Source of the DNA: Gammaproteobacteria bacterium
Lineage (GTDB): Bacteria; Pseudomonadota; Gammaproteobacteria; Eutrophobiales; Eutrophobiaceae
NCBI GenBank assembly: GCA_965243205.1
Contig: CBDEUK010000002.1
Coordinates: forward strand, 1,696,001-1,760,000
Direction of reading: 5' to 3'
DNA length: 64,000 nt
The notes beneath the pieces are model-generated. The model had not been told where the DNA came from and searched no databases. It saw only the letters and a list, made by a program, of their open reading frames with translations. Made by a program: the position numbers and the translations under genes. Shown here in pieces: positions 40,284 through 50,808 of the stretch. Each line of letters begins with the position of its first letter. Positions within the stretch are counted from its first letter, which is position 1.

Positions 40284-40826
40284 ATGAAAACTCTACATAT
40301 TTCATTATTAATTTTATTAGTCGCTTTAGCTGGTTGTAGCTCTAACGACACCAAACCTGAAGTAGAAGTTGAAGAACGTAGCACAACATTAAATGAATCT
40401 TCATCTGGCACAGGTGATTCAGATATCGAAACATATGGTGCTGACGAATACTCTACATCTGATGTTGAGTCTCTGGATTTAAACGATCCTAATAGCCATC
40501 TGTCTGTTCGACTTATCTACTTTGCTTATGATAGCAGTGATATACGACCTGAGTTCCGCCCAGCAATTGAAGCACATGCTCAATACCTTGCAACACACCC
40601 TGATACTATCATCACTCTCGAAGGCCATACCGATGAACGTGGTTCACGTGAATACAACTTAGCCTTAGGTGAAGCAAGAGCTAAAGCGGTTAAAAGCCAA
40701 CTGACATTATTAGGTGCTTCTTCTGGTCAAATACGAACGGTTAGTTACGGTGAAGAACAACCTGCAGTTGATGGCCACGATGAAGATGCTTGGAGCCAAA
40801 ACCGTAGAGTACAAATACAGTATTAA
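40284..40826 (+). CDS. pal: Peptidoglycan-associated lipoprotein
   Basis: LAGC lipobox; GHTDERGSREYNLALG. Confidence 0.96.
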   Translation: MKTLHISLLILLVALAGCSSNDTKPEVEVEERSTTLNESSSGTGDSDIETYGADEYSTSDVESLDLNDPNSHLSVRLIYFAYDSSDIRPEFRPAIEAHAQYLATHPDTIITLEGHTDERGSREYNLALGEARAKAVKSQLTLLGASSGQIRTVSYGEEQPAVDGHDEDAWSQNRRVQIQY

Positions 40827-40835
40827 TCACTAAAC

Positions 40836-41678
40836 ATGTTTAAGTTTTTCTTTAGTTTATCACTATTAGTTTGTCTATCAGCAGCATCTGCGAAATCGTA
40901 TGATGCTGCTATCTCTACTCTTGATCTTAGAATTCAACGTTTAGAAAATACTTTAAGCAGCGATGGTCTTCTGGATTTATTTCAACAAGTAGACGAATTA
41001 CAAAATAAAGTAAATTCATTGCAAGGCGATTTAGAAACTCAAAATTATAAACTCAATCAATTAGAGTCATCGCACTCTCAACAGATCTCAGAATTAAACA
41101 GTCGAATTGAAGAACTGGAAAAGACTATACTGTCTTTACAACAACCTGTTTCAAGTGACGTATCTACGATTAATAGCGATCAAGTGATTACCGATCCTAA
41201 TTTACAAGCTGAAGGTGTTATATCCACAGAACCATCTACAGATACAGTAGAACAAACAACTACTGAATTAGCACCGCCTGAAGATGACGAAGCAATCAAA
41301 CAAGAATATCAAAGTGCTTTTAACTTACTAAGAGAGTCTCGTTATGATGAAGCCACACCTGCTTTTAAAAACTTCATAGCATCCTATCCAAAAAGTAGTT
41401 ATGCAGACAATGCTCAATATTGGCTTGCAGAAAGTTTTTACGTACAGCGGGATTTTGATAATGCTATTTTGGCTTATCAAAGTCTTATCGATAATTATCC
41501 TGAAAGCAGCAAGGTTTCTCATGCAGCATTGAAGTTGGCATACAGTTATGAAGAATTGGAACAGATTGATAATGCAACTCAAACTCTAAATTCTATTATT
41601 AATAATTATCCTGGCACTTCTATCGCCGAAGAAGCAAACAAACGTCTACGTTCTTTAAGCAATTCAGAAACAGAATGA
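40836..41678 (+). CDS. cpoB: Cell division coordinator CpoB/YbgF
   Basis: Coiled coil plus TPR (NAQYWLAE); follows pal. Confidence 0.92.
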   Translation: MFKFFFSLSLLVCLSAASAKSYDAAISTLDLRIQRLENTLSSDGLLDLFQQVDELQNKVNSLQGDLETQNYKLNQLESSHSQQISELNSRIEELEKTILSLQQPVSSDVSTINSDQVITDPNLQAEGVISTEPSTDTVEQTTTELAPPEDDEAIKQEYQSAFNLLRESRYDEATPAFKNFIASYPKSSYADNAQYWLAESFYVQRDFDNAILAYQSLIDNYPESSKVSHAALKLAYSYEELEQIDNATQTLNSIINNYPGTSIAEEANKRLRSLSNSETE

Positions 41679-42364
41679 CTTTAGACGTTTCCGTTACTAA
41701 TTCTGATGATCTTCAGAGTTCTGATTTTAGTCTGATCATCAATGAAATCTTTTTCTCTATACAAGGCGAATCGACAACCATTGGTTTACCTACCATATTT
41801 ATCCGTCTGACAGGTTGTCCTTTACGTTGCCAATATTGCGATACCGAATATGCTTTTCATGAAGGTAAAAAATTATCTGCTTCTGAAATATTGGATCAAA
41901 TAAAACAATACTCTACTTCTTATGTGACCGTGACTGGCGGCGAGCCCTTGGTTCAAAAGAATTGTTTGGATCTTTTAACTTTATTACTTGATAGAAACTA
42001 TAAAGTTTCTTTAGAAACCAGTGGCGCTATTGATATATCACCCGTAGATTCAAGAACAAAAATCATTTTAGATTTAAAAACGCCTGCTTCGAATGAATCG
42101 GATAAAAATATTTACACTAACATACAACATATAAAATCAGATGATGAAATTAAATTTGTAATTTGTAATCGCAATGATTATGAATGGTCTAAAGATATCA
42201 TTAAAAAATATAATTTATCTGATAAATGTGTTGTGTTATTTTCAAACAGCCATCATGAACTCAATGCGACTGATCTAGCCAATTGGATCATAGACGATCA
42301 ACTTCCTGTTAGAATGCAAACTCAATTACATAAATATCTTTGGGGCGATGTTCCTGGTAAATAA
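41675..42364 (+). CDS. queE: 7-carboxy-7-deazaguanine synthase
   Basis: SIQGE, CPLRCQYCDT, QLHK. Confidence 0.94.
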   Translation: MTLDVSVTNSDDLQSSDFSLIINEIFFSIQGESTTIGLPTIFIRLTGCPLRCQYCDTEYAFHEGKKLSASEILDQIKQYSTSYVTVTGGEPLVQKNCLDLLTLLLDRNYKVSLETSGAIDISPVDSRTKIILDLKTPASNESDKNIYTNIQHIKSDDEIKFVICNRNDYEWSKDIIKKYNLSDKCVVLFSNSHHELNATDLANWIIDDQLPVRMQTQLHKYLWGDVPGK

Positions 42365-42367
42365 CCT

Positions 42368-43054
42368 ATGGGTGATTCTAAAAAAGGAAAAGCTGTAGTT
42401 TTAATGTCTGGTGGTTTAGATTCTACTACTGCGTTAGCGATCGCGATGGAACAAGGTTATGACTGTTGGCCTTTGAGTTTTGATTATGGCCAGCGCCATA
42501 AAACAGAACTAATTGCTGCATCTAACATCGTTAAACATTTTAAATTAAAACATCATAAAGTTTTAAAACTCGACCTCACTCAAATTGGTGGTTCTGCATT
42601 AACCGACAAAAACATTTCTGTGCCAGATACAATGCAGGAAGGTATTCCTATCACATACGTTCCAGCAAGAAATACAATCTTTTTATCTTATGCGCTTGGA
42701 TACGCAGAAACGATTCAATCTCAAACGATTTTTCTTGGTGTTAATGCTGTTGACTATTCTGGTTATCCTGACTGCCGCCCTGAATATATTCAAGCCTTTG
42801 AAGACATGGCTAATCTCGCGACTAAAGCCAGTGTAGAAGGACAACGATTTGATATTCAAACCCCTTTAATTAATCTAACTAAATCTGAGATCATCCAACA
42901 AGGAGATAAGCTTGGCGTTGACTATTCTTTAACCATCTCCTGTTATCAAGCCGATGAGAATGGTTTGGCTTGTGGTGTTTGCGATTCTTGTCGTTATCGT
43001 AAACAAGGCTTTGAAAACGCAGGTATTCCTGATCCAACTAATTATAAATCGTAA
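42368..43054 (+). CDS. queC: 7-cyano-7-deazaguanine synthase
   Basis: SGGLDS, YVPARN, GYPDCR, CGVCDSC. Confidence 0.96.
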   Translation: MGDSKKGKAVVLMSGGLDSTTALAIAMEQGYDCWPLSFDYGQRHKTELIAASNIVKHFKLKHHKVLKLDLTQIGGSALTDKNISVPDTMQEGIPITYVPARNTIFLSYALGYAETIQSQTIFLGVNAVDYSGYPDCRPEYIQAFEDMANLATKASVEGQRFDIQTPLINLTKSEIIQQGDKLGVDYSLTISCYQADENGLACGVCDSCRYRKQGFENAGIPDPTNYKS

Positions 43055-43133
43055 GCAATATCATCTTTTCCTGCTTGCATTTTAAAAACCCCTTTGCTCT
43101 AATTATTGCGTCGCAACACAAATCTTAATTACG

Positions 43134-44162
43134 ATGTTTCATAGCAACCTTCCTATAAGTATCGCATTACAAGGTGGCGGCTCTCATGGAGCCTTTACTG
43201 CTGGTGTTTTACAAAAATTAGCCGAATGTGAATCATTAAATATTGAAGCCATCAGTGGTACAAGCTCTGGGGCTGTTAATGCATGTTTAGTTGGCTATGG
43301 CTATTCAAGATATGGTTATGGCAAAAATACGATAAAGCCCTTGGATAATTTCTGGGAAGATCTTGGTAAACATTTTGAGCAACTCTTCACCTCTTTTGAT
43401 TCTGTATTATCGCCGCTGCTAACAGATTCAAATTCATTAGGTTTGGATTACTTCCTTAACTTGACCAACCATATTGCGCCTTTTCAATTTAACCCTACGA
43501 ATTTAAATCCATTAAAAGAATTATTAAATAAACATATCGACTTTAATTTAATCAATAGTACAACTAAATTACGTTTATTTATCGCTGCAACAAACATACG
43601 TACTCATGGGCTTAGGTTATTTGAGAATCATGAACTTACAGCGGATCATATTCTAGCATCTGCTTGTCTACCTTCGATTCATCATTCAATTAAAATTGAT
43701 AATGATATGTATTGGGATGGCGGTTATTCTGGCAATCCAGTAATACAACCTCTGATTTTTAATTGCCACTCCAAAGACATCATCATCGTTCTGATTCAAC
43801 CACTTGAATATAACGATATACCAACGACGAAAGAACAAATAAGAGAACGTATTTCAGAATTATCGTTTGCATCGACATTTAGGCGAGAAATGCGCGCCAT
43901 TGCACTATCACAACAATTTATTGAAAACGATGTTTTTCATCTTGGCAAACTGGATAAAAAATTATCCGGGTTACGTTTTCATATTATCCATGCTAGCGAA
44001 TATATAAAAAACTTTGCACCTAAAACTCGTTACAATGCTTCACCGACTTTTTTAAATGATCTAAAAAAAGCAGGTTATGAATGTGCTACTAATTGGTTAG
44101 AAAAATATTCTAAAGATGTTGGTGTGAAAAGCAGTGTTGATATAAAAAAACTTTTTTTATAA
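43134..44162 (+). CDS. Patatin-like phospholipase/esterase
   Basis: GGGSHG, GTSSG and DGG motifs. Confidence 0.9.
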   Translation: MFHSNLPISIALQGGGSHGAFTAGVLQKLAECESLNIEAISGTSSGAVNACLVGYGYSRYGYGKNTIKPLDNFWEDLGKHFEQLFTSFDSVLSPLLTDSNSLGLDYFLNLTNHIAPFQFNPTNLNPLKELLNKHIDFNLINSTTKLRLFIAATNIRTHGLRLFENHELTADHILASACLPSIHHSIKIDNDMYWDGGYSGNPVIQPLIFNCHSKDIIIVLIQPLEYNDIPTTKEQIRERISELSFASTFRREMRAIALSQQFIENDVFHLGKLDKKLSGLRFHIIHASEYIKNFAPKTRYNASPTFLNDLKKAGYECATNWLEKYSKDVGVKSSVDIKKLFL

Positions 44163-44172
44163 TCAACGAGAA

Positions 44173-46341
44173 CTAACGAGATAAACTTGCTAGCTGAGTA
44201 GATTCGGTCAGACCAATATAATTACTATATCTTGTACGAATGTTTTTAACATAAACAACGGTTTGTCCACATCGACACATTCTTTTATCAGATTCTGATT
44301 TCAGTTTGGCCATTTTTTTCATGGCAAACTCTACATTGCCAAACCACTTATTTCTATCTAACCCAAGTTTTTCGGCATAATTTCTAGCCCGTTTGATTCT
44401 GCCAAAACCTGCATTATAAGCCGCTAATGCCATCCAGTTCTTATCGCTTAACAAAATATCACCTTCCAAGCGCTCTCTTAACTGGTATAAATACTTAATG
44501 CCTGCCGCAATGTTATTTTCTGGATCTTTGGTGTTTTCTAAACCGAGTTCTTCTGCGGTTTTTGGCATGATTTGCATCAAACCTTCAGCTCCTGCATAGG
44601 ATATAGCCTCCGGGTCAAATTGACTTTCTTGATACATTTGCGCAGCAATCAATCGCCAATCAAACCCAAACCTTTCTGCATGTTCAATAATTACATTATC
44701 ATAAGGTGTAAGCTCAATAACTTTGGTTAAGAGTTTACTGTCACCATTAAAATTATTTGGATGAACAACATATTGCTCTTTCAGCGAATTAAATTCTGTT
44801 TTGCGATAGTTACTTTTAATGAACTCGTTTAACTCATCTTTTAATCGGCTATCTTCTTCACGTGTTACCCAAACCATTTTTGTTGGTTCAGAAATATTTA
44901 ATAATGCCTGCAAATTGATTTGTCTTGATAACTCTGCTTTGACTGTATGGCTTGGAATAATGGTTAAGTCATACACACCTAATGAAACCATAAACAACAA
45001 TGTTTCAGTGTTAACCGACTCATCAACTATTTTGATATTAAAATCAAAACCTGAGCTTTGTTTTAAATCGTATAATAAATTTTTATAAGGACTTTCTGGC
45101 GATAAAACGATGGTTCTATTTTTTAAATCTGAAAAATCAATAATATTCCTATTATTTTTTCTGCCAACGATTGTTGGGCTGCTGTATAAATAGGCTTCTG
45201 TTTTGGAAAACTTGCCATCTAAGTTAGACGCATCTGGAATAGAAGCAGAAACAACATCACCTTTCCCTTGTTGCAATAAATCAAATAATTCATCAAAACT
45301 ATTTGCTAATACAACGTTTAATTCTAAACCATGCTTCTCAGAAAATGATTTTAATAAATCATATTCAAGACCTTTTAATTCACCATTTTGATAATACACA
45401 TTCGTTGGACTCTGATAAGAAATTAATCTTAAACGGCCTCTTTCTTTAAGTCCTGGTAGATCTGAAAAGAACTGTTCGTCTTTATGTATGCTTACAAGTT
45501 GATGATTTAAGTAATCATCTAATTGCTGTTTTAATAGCTGATTCTGTTTACTAACAGACCATACTTTCAATGAAGTCTCAGGCAAATCGATTAATATATT
45601 TAATCCTTCAAGATCCGAAATGGCATTTTTTACATACTCACTATCAAAAACCGCAACATCGTAATAACCACTTCTTACTTTTTTCAGTACTTCTTTTTCT
45701 GTAACCCTTTCTTCTATCACTCTTAAATTGATAGATTTCTCTTCCGATACTAATTTATTTAAATAGGCCCATGCAGGCGAGGATTTTTTAACGGCAATCT
45801 CACGGTTTTTTAAACCTGAAACTGTCTCAATTTTATTTTGATCACCACGAGTAATAATTTGTTGTTTTATGATATCCCAAGGTTCTGTAAATGAAACGAC
45901 ACCATCTAAGCCACCTGCAATATCATAACCTTGAGCGACAATGACATCACCTTGTCCACGATATACAGCTGGTAATAATTCCCAACGGTTTTCAATTTCA
46001 ATCCAAACAGGCTTATAACCTTCGCTCTTTGCAAATTTTTCGATCAGTTGTTTTTCTTGATCGCCGATTCCAAAACCTTCGCTGTATTTGCGATAAAAAA
46101 GAATTCTTAATGTATTGCTGCCTGTTGAAGCAGAATTCTCTGTCTCAAAATTGGTTTTAGCTAATGCTTCAGAGCCACTATCTACAATGATTTCTGAATC
46201 GGTTTGTTTTGATATCTCAGGATTACTGCTATTTTGATTTTTGTCTTTGAAATCATAGGCATAGGCAAGCACTACCAACGCAATTATCGCTGGCAGCACG
46301 TATACAGCTAAATTTTTATTCAGCAATGCCTTCATCAACAT
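44173..46341 (-). CDS. MltF-like lytic transglycosylase with tandem substrate-binding domains
   Basis: Two PBP-like repeats (QGDVI / KGDVV); SLT motifs QESQF, GAEGLMQI, AAYNAG. Confidence 0.85.
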   Translation of the reverse strand: MLMKALLNKNLAVYVLPAIIALVVLAYAYDFKDKNQNSSNPEISKQTDSEIIVDSGSEALAKTNFETENSASTGSNTLRILFYRKYSEGFGIGDQEKQLIEKFAKSEGYKPVWIEIENRWELLPAVYRGQGDVIVAQGYDIAGGLDGVVSFTEPWDIIKQQIITRGDQNKIETVSGLKNREIAVKKSSPAWAYLNKLVSEEKSINLRVIEERVTEKEVLKKVRSGYYDVAVFDSEYVKNAISDLEGLNILIDLPETSLKVWSVSKQNQLLKQQLDDYLNHQLVSIHKDEQFFSDLPGLKERGRLRLISYQSPTNVYYQNGELKGLEYDLLKSFSEKHGLELNVVLANSFDELFDLLQQGKGDVVSASIPDASNLDGKFSKTEAYLYSSPTIVGRKNNRNIIDFSDLKNRTIVLSPESPYKNLLYDLKQSSGFDFNIKIVDESVNTETLLFMVSLGVYDLTIIPSHTVKAELSRQINLQALLNISEPTKMVWVTREEDSRLKDELNEFIKSNYRKTEFNSLKEQYVVHPNNFNGDSKLLTKVIELTPYDNVIIEHAERFGFDWRLIAAQMYQESQFDPEAISYAGAEGLMQIMPKTAEELGLENTKDPENNIAAGIKYLYQLRERLEGDILLSDKNWMALAAYNAGFGRIKRARNYAEKLGLDRNKWFGNVEFAMKKMAKLKSESDKRMCRCGQTVVYVKNIRTRYSNYIGLTESTQLASLSR

Positions 46342-46599
46342 AAAACCTTTAATTCGTACAATATCTATATATTGTATTATTTGAAATTAATTCCACAATA
46401 TATAGTTATAAAACTATACAGTGGATATTCGTTACGAGGAAATTTATACGGTTGGCGGAGCCTGACAGTCAGCTCAAGGCTCGTTTTATAATTTACAAAT
46501 GAGTATGTAGTTTCCTTCTCAAAACCGTGATTACTCCAATCACATGCATAGCTTAACAAATTTGATGCCAATAGTGATTAATAAGTTCTGTATGACAAC

Positions 46600-47271
46600 T
46601 TATTTCGCGGATCTATCCCAAGATTCTTGAATATTTTTTAAGCGTTCAGGTGTACCAATATCTGACCATACACCCTCAAAAAGCTCACCTGAAACATGGT
46701 GATCTTTGCTGTGTCGCTTAATAATATCAACGAGAGGAAAAGGTTTTATTTCGAGGTTTTTAAATACTTCTTTACGATAAAGGCCAATACCTGAAAATGT
46801 ATATTTAGGTTCTAATAAATTGATTTTATTAGATTTATCAAGAGCAAAATCGCCTTTTAAATTATGCTCAGGATTCTTAACTAGTACTAAATGCATAAGA
46901 TCAAACTCACGCCCAATAAGCGTTCTATAGTCGAAGCTCGTCCATACATCAGCATTAACAACAATGAAGGGATCCGATTTTATCAATGGCAACGCTTTAG
47001 CAATTCCACCGCCAGTTTCAAGCACCTCACTCCCTTCATCTGAAAAGTAAAAATTATGATCTTGCTCACAGTTTTGTGTTAAATGATCGATAATTTTCTC
47101 GCCAAAACGTCCACAATTGACGACAAAATCTCTAATACCTGCATCCGCTAGCCTATCAATTTGATGCTCTATAAGCGTCTTTGTTCCAACTTTTAATAGA
47201 GGCTTCGGTAAGTTCTCGGTCAACGGCATCATTCGCTTTCCATGGCCAGCAGCTAAAATCATCGCATACAT
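46600..47271 (-). CDS. murU: MurNAc-alpha-1-phosphate uridylyltransferase
   Basis: ILAAG.G.RM.PLT..PKPL, LETGGG, DIGTPER; downstream of amgK. Confidence 0.88.
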   Translation of the reverse strand: MYAMILAAGHGKRMMPLTENLPKPLLKVGTKTLIEHQIDRLADAGIRDFVVNCGRFGEKIIDHLTQNCEQDHNFYFSDEGSEVLETGGGIAKALPLIKSDPFIVVNADVWTSFDYRTLIGREFDLMHLVLVKNPEHNLKGDFALDKSNKINLLEPKYTFSGIGLYRKEVFKNLEIKPFPLVDIIKRHSKDHHVSGELFEGVWSDIGTPERLKNIQESWDRSAK

Positions 47272-47275
47272 CAGC

Positions 47276-48250
47276 TTAATTTCTCGTTATATTTGGCATT
47301 ATTTTAGAGTCTATCAATTCAACTAATGGCTTTAAGGACTCCAAATGCACCAAATCCGTGATGTAGCTTAATGTTCTGGGAATATCCTTTATATAATTAG
47401 CTTTGCCATCCCGGTACTTTAATCTCGCAAATATACCACTAGCTTTTAGATGTCTTTGCACGCCCATGAGATGGAATTCCTTCATAAACTCATCAAAACG
47501 CTGCCCTTTTGTGAACGTACTTTTTTCAAAATAATACTCACACCACGCTTCGATTTTCTCTAGAGGCCATTTTATATAGCAATCTTTTAGAAGAGACACT
47601 AGGTCATAACTAATAGGACCTATGACAGCATCCTGATAATCGATTATTCCTGGATTACTCATTTTCAAATACATCAAGTTCCTGCTGTGATAGTCCCGAT
47701 GAACAAAGACTTGTTTTTGCCCTAATGCATTTATAACCAATAATTCTTTCAGGCTGCTTAGTTTACCTTGCTCCATAGATGTCAATTTTATCCCCAGCAT
47801 TTCATTGATTAACCAATCTTCGAACAACGCCATTTCTCTTAATAGCAATGGCCGATCATATTCAGGCAAATTAGCCTTTGTGGATTTTTCTTGCATTTCA
47901 ATCAATGCATCTATCGCTTCTCGATACAACAAGTCAGCGTTTTCAGCATTTAAAATATCAAGATAATTTGTGTCTCCAAAATCTTTTATTATCAAGACAC
48001 CATCTTGTTTATTTTCGTAAAATATTTGTGGCACATGAACATCAATAGAAACTAAATGCTTGGTAACTTCGATAAATTGCTCTGGCGGCTCTTTGTCAGT
48101 AGGAGAGTCCATAACGATGTATGAATCGTTTCCAATAATTACTCGATAATATTTACGGAAACTCGCATCACCAGAAACGGGTACTAACTCTATTTGCTTC
48201 TGCTTTAATTCACTTTTAACGTATTGTTCAATAAGTTCGATTCTAGTCAC
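47276..48250 (-). CDS. amgK: Anomeric MurNAc/GlcNAc kinase
   Basis: GDASFRKY, HRDYHSRNL, IDYQDA, QRHLK. Confidence 0.88.
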   Translation of the reverse strand: MTRIELIEQYVKSELKQKQIELVPVSGDASFRKYYRVIIGNDSYIVMDSPTDKEPPEQFIEVTKHLVSIDVHVPQIFYENKQDGVLIIKDFGDTNYLDILNAENADLLYREAIDALIEMQEKSTKANLPEYDRPLLLREMALFEDWLINEMLGIKLTSMEQGKLSSLKELLVINALGQKQVFVHRDYHSRNLMYLKMSNPGIIDYQDAVIGPISYDLVSLLKDCYIKWPLEKIEAWCEYYFEKSTFTKGQRFDEFMKEFHLMGVQRHLKASGIFARLKYRDGKANYIKDIPRTLSYITDLVHLESLKPLVELIDSKIMPNITRN

Positions 48251-48361
48251 TTGTTTATCTTTCTATTGTTATATTTATTCGAGATTGATGATTATTTTTT
48301 ATGCTGACATTGTATAATCTTTCATAAATTACAGATTACTTTTAAGAGTTCAAACAATTTA

Positions 48362-49345
48362 ATGGATACCATTTCTGATTCAAAACTTATCGAGTTAGGC
48401 AAAGCTGTTATCAATACTGAAGCAAATGCTATTTTGGAACTTACTCCAAAAATTGATGCTTCATTTATCAAAGCCTGTCGTTGTATTTTATCATGTGAAG
48501 GAAGGGTTATCTGCATTGGCATGGGCAAATCAGGTCATATCGCAAATAAAATCGCAGCAACTCTCGCGAGCACAGGAACACCAGCTTTTTTTGTGCATCC
48601 AGGTGAAGCAAGTCATGGTGATTTAGGTATGATTACATCAAAAGATGTTGTGATCGCTTTATCTAACTCTGGCGAAACAGAAGAAGTGGTTTCTTTGTTA
48701 CCGGTCATAAAACGGCTTGGTACCCTTCTAATTTCATTTACTGGTAATCCTGATTCTTCACTATCACAAGCAGCAGACGCTAATTTGGATGTAACCGTAA
48801 CAAAAGAAGCCTGTCCTATGGGGCTTGCTCCAACTTCTAGCACCACAGCAGCCCTTGTTATGGGCGATGCATTAGCAATCGCTTTATTAACAGCGAAAGG
48901 CTTTACTGAAGAAGATTTCGCTCTTTCTCATCCAGGCGGATCTTTAGGAAGAAGACTATTACTCCATGTCAAAGATATTATGCATACTGATGACGAAATA
49001 CCTATAGCCACACCAGAAACAAGCTTTAATGATTTATTGTTAGAAATGACAAAAAAAGCTCTTGGTACCGTTATCATTGCTGATTCCTCTTTGAAAACAA
49101 TACAAGGTATTTTTACGGACGGTGATTTACGAAGAGTGCTGGATAACAATTTAAATTTTTCTGAGCTTACCGCTTCAGATGTGATGATAAAAAATTGCAA
49201 ACATATTAATGAAGGCTTGCTAGCTGCTGAAGCTTTACAAATGATGGAAAATTTTAAAATCAATGCACTTCCCGTAACAAATCATTCAGATGAACTAGTT
49301 GGTATTATAAATATGCATGATCTTTTAAGGGCTAAGGTAGTTTAA
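48362..49345 (+). CDS. kdsD: Arabinose-5-phosphate isomerase (KpsF/GutQ)
   Basis: GMGKSGH, HGDLG, HPGG.LG, CBS pair. Confidence 0.94.
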   Translation: MDTISDSKLIELGKAVINTEANAILELTPKIDASFIKACRCILSCEGRVICIGMGKSGHIANKIAATLASTGTPAFFVHPGEASHGDLGMITSKDVVIALSNSGETEEVVSLLPVIKRLGTLLISFTGNPDSSLSQAADANLDVTVTKEACPMGLAPTSSTTAALVMGDALAIALLTAKGFTEEDFALSHPGGSLGRRLLLHVKDIMHTDDEIPIATPETSFNDLLLEMTKKALGTVIIADSSLKTIQGIFTDGDLRRVLDNNLNFSELTASDVMIKNCKHINEGLLAAEALQMMENFKINALPVTNHSDELVGIINMHDLLRAKVV

Positions 49346-49875
49346 TGAATTCAGAATTAAACAATAAATTTAAACAAATAAAATTAATTATTTTCGATGT
49401 AGATGGTGTTTTAACCGATGGTAAAATTGTTTTAGGCGAAGATGGCAACGAATATAAATCGTTTCATGTTCATGACGGCCTTGGCATGGTAATGTTATTA
49501 CAATCTGAAATAGACATCGCCATTATTACAGCTCGCTCTTCTCAAATTGTTGCTTCACGCATGAAATCTCTAGGGGTCAAACATCTTTATCAAGGACAAC
49601 ACGATAAAGAATTAGCTTATAAAGATCTTAAACAAAAATCTAAATTAGATGATAAAGAAATTGCTTATTTAGGTGATGATATTATTGATCTACCAGCCAT
49701 GAAGCATTGTGGGCTTAAACTTGCCGTTCAAAATGCACATCCTTCTTTAAAGCAAATTAGTGATTATGTTACTGAAAAAGAAGGTGGCAATGGTGCCGCA
49801 AGAGAAGTCTGTGAGTTGTTACTCCAAGCTCAAAATAAACTTGATAATATTATTAAGGAAAAACTTTCCCAATAA
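49345..49875 (+). CDS. kdsC: KDO 8-phosphate phosphatase
   Basis: DVDGVLTDG, GDDIID, GGNGAARE. Confidence 0.94.
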   Translation: MNSELNNKFKQIKLIIFDVDGVLTDGKIVLGEDGNEYKSFHVHDGLGMVMLLQSEIDIAIITARSSQIVASRMKSLGVKHLYQGQHDKELAYKDLKQKSKLDDKEIAYLGDDIIDLPAMKHCGLKLAVQNAHPSLKQISDYVTEKEGGNGAAREVCELLLQAQNKLDNIIKEKLSQ

Positions 49876-49878
49876 ATT

Positions 49879-50799
49879 CTAACTAAAATACCTCAAGATA
49901 TTTGGCACATAATGATCAATTAATAAAAACGCAAACAAACCCATTAAATAAATAATCGAATATTTAAAAGTTTGCATTGCTAATAAATCATCATGATCAA
50001 ATAACATGCGTGTTGTGTAATATAAAAAGACTAAACCTAATGCAACCGCTCCAATCAAGTACAAAGGTCCGCTCATATAAATTAAATACGGCAACAAACT
50101 AACGATAAATAAGACTATAGTGTAGAAAAATATATGTTGTCTGGTTAATTCCACACCATGAGTTACAGGAAGCATAGGAATATCAACACTGGCGTAGTCA
50201 TTTCTTCTATAGATTGCTAGCGACCAGAAATGTGGCGGAGTCCAAACAAAGATTATTAGAAATAAAACTAATGACTGTGGATCCAAAGTCCCAGTAACAG
50301 CAGTCCAACCTAGTACTGGTGGAGCAGCACCAGCAGCGCCACCAATAACAATATTCTGAGGAGTGGCACGTTTTAAATACATAGAATACACAAAGCCGTA
50401 CCCAATTAGTGAAAGCAAGGTTAAAACGGCTGTTAGTACATTTACATAATAAGTCAAAATAACCATAGATACCGCGCCAAGAAAAAACGCAAACATAATG
50501 GCTGATTGCTGACTCAAATTACCTTTGGGCAACGGGCGTTTCTTGGTCCGTGCCATAATAGAGTCAATATGTTGATCGACTAACTGATTGACTGCTGCAG
50601 CGGATGCTGCTGCAAAACCAATACCTATGGTACCAAATATTAATGGTTGCCATGGAACCATGCCATCGACAGCCATAAACATACCAACAACAGCTGTAAA
50701 CACGATTAATGCAACAATATTAGGCTTTGTAAGCGCAAGAAAGTCTCGCCAAGTAGCAGCTTGTTGTGGGTTGCTTTCAATATTTGTTTCGACGCTCAT
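49879..50799 (-). CDS. cyoE: Protoheme IX farnesyltransferase
   Basis: D..M.RT..RP, WTPPHFW. Confidence 0.95.
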   Translation of the reverse strand: MSVETNIESNPQQAATWRDFLALTKPNIVALIVFTAVVGMFMAVDGMVPWQPLIFGTIGIGFAAASAAAVNQLVDQHIDSIMARTKKRPLPKGNLSQQSAIMFAFFLGAVSMVILTYYVNVLTAVLTLLSLIGYGFVYSMYLKRATPQNIVIGGAAGAAPPVLGWTAVTGTLDPQSLVLFLIIFVWTPPHFWSLAIYRRNDYASVDIPMLPVTHGVELTRQHIFFYTIVLFIVSLLPYLIYMSGPLYLIGAVALGLVFLYYTTRMLFDHDDLLAMQTFKYSIIYLMGLFAFLLIDHYVPNILRYFS

Positions 50800-50808
50800 C
50801 TTTGTTGC

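Noticed and set aside
46377-46571. 64-aa ORF between murU and the mltF-like gene
   Set aside because: Non-ATG start, no RBS or motif recognised; probably non-coding
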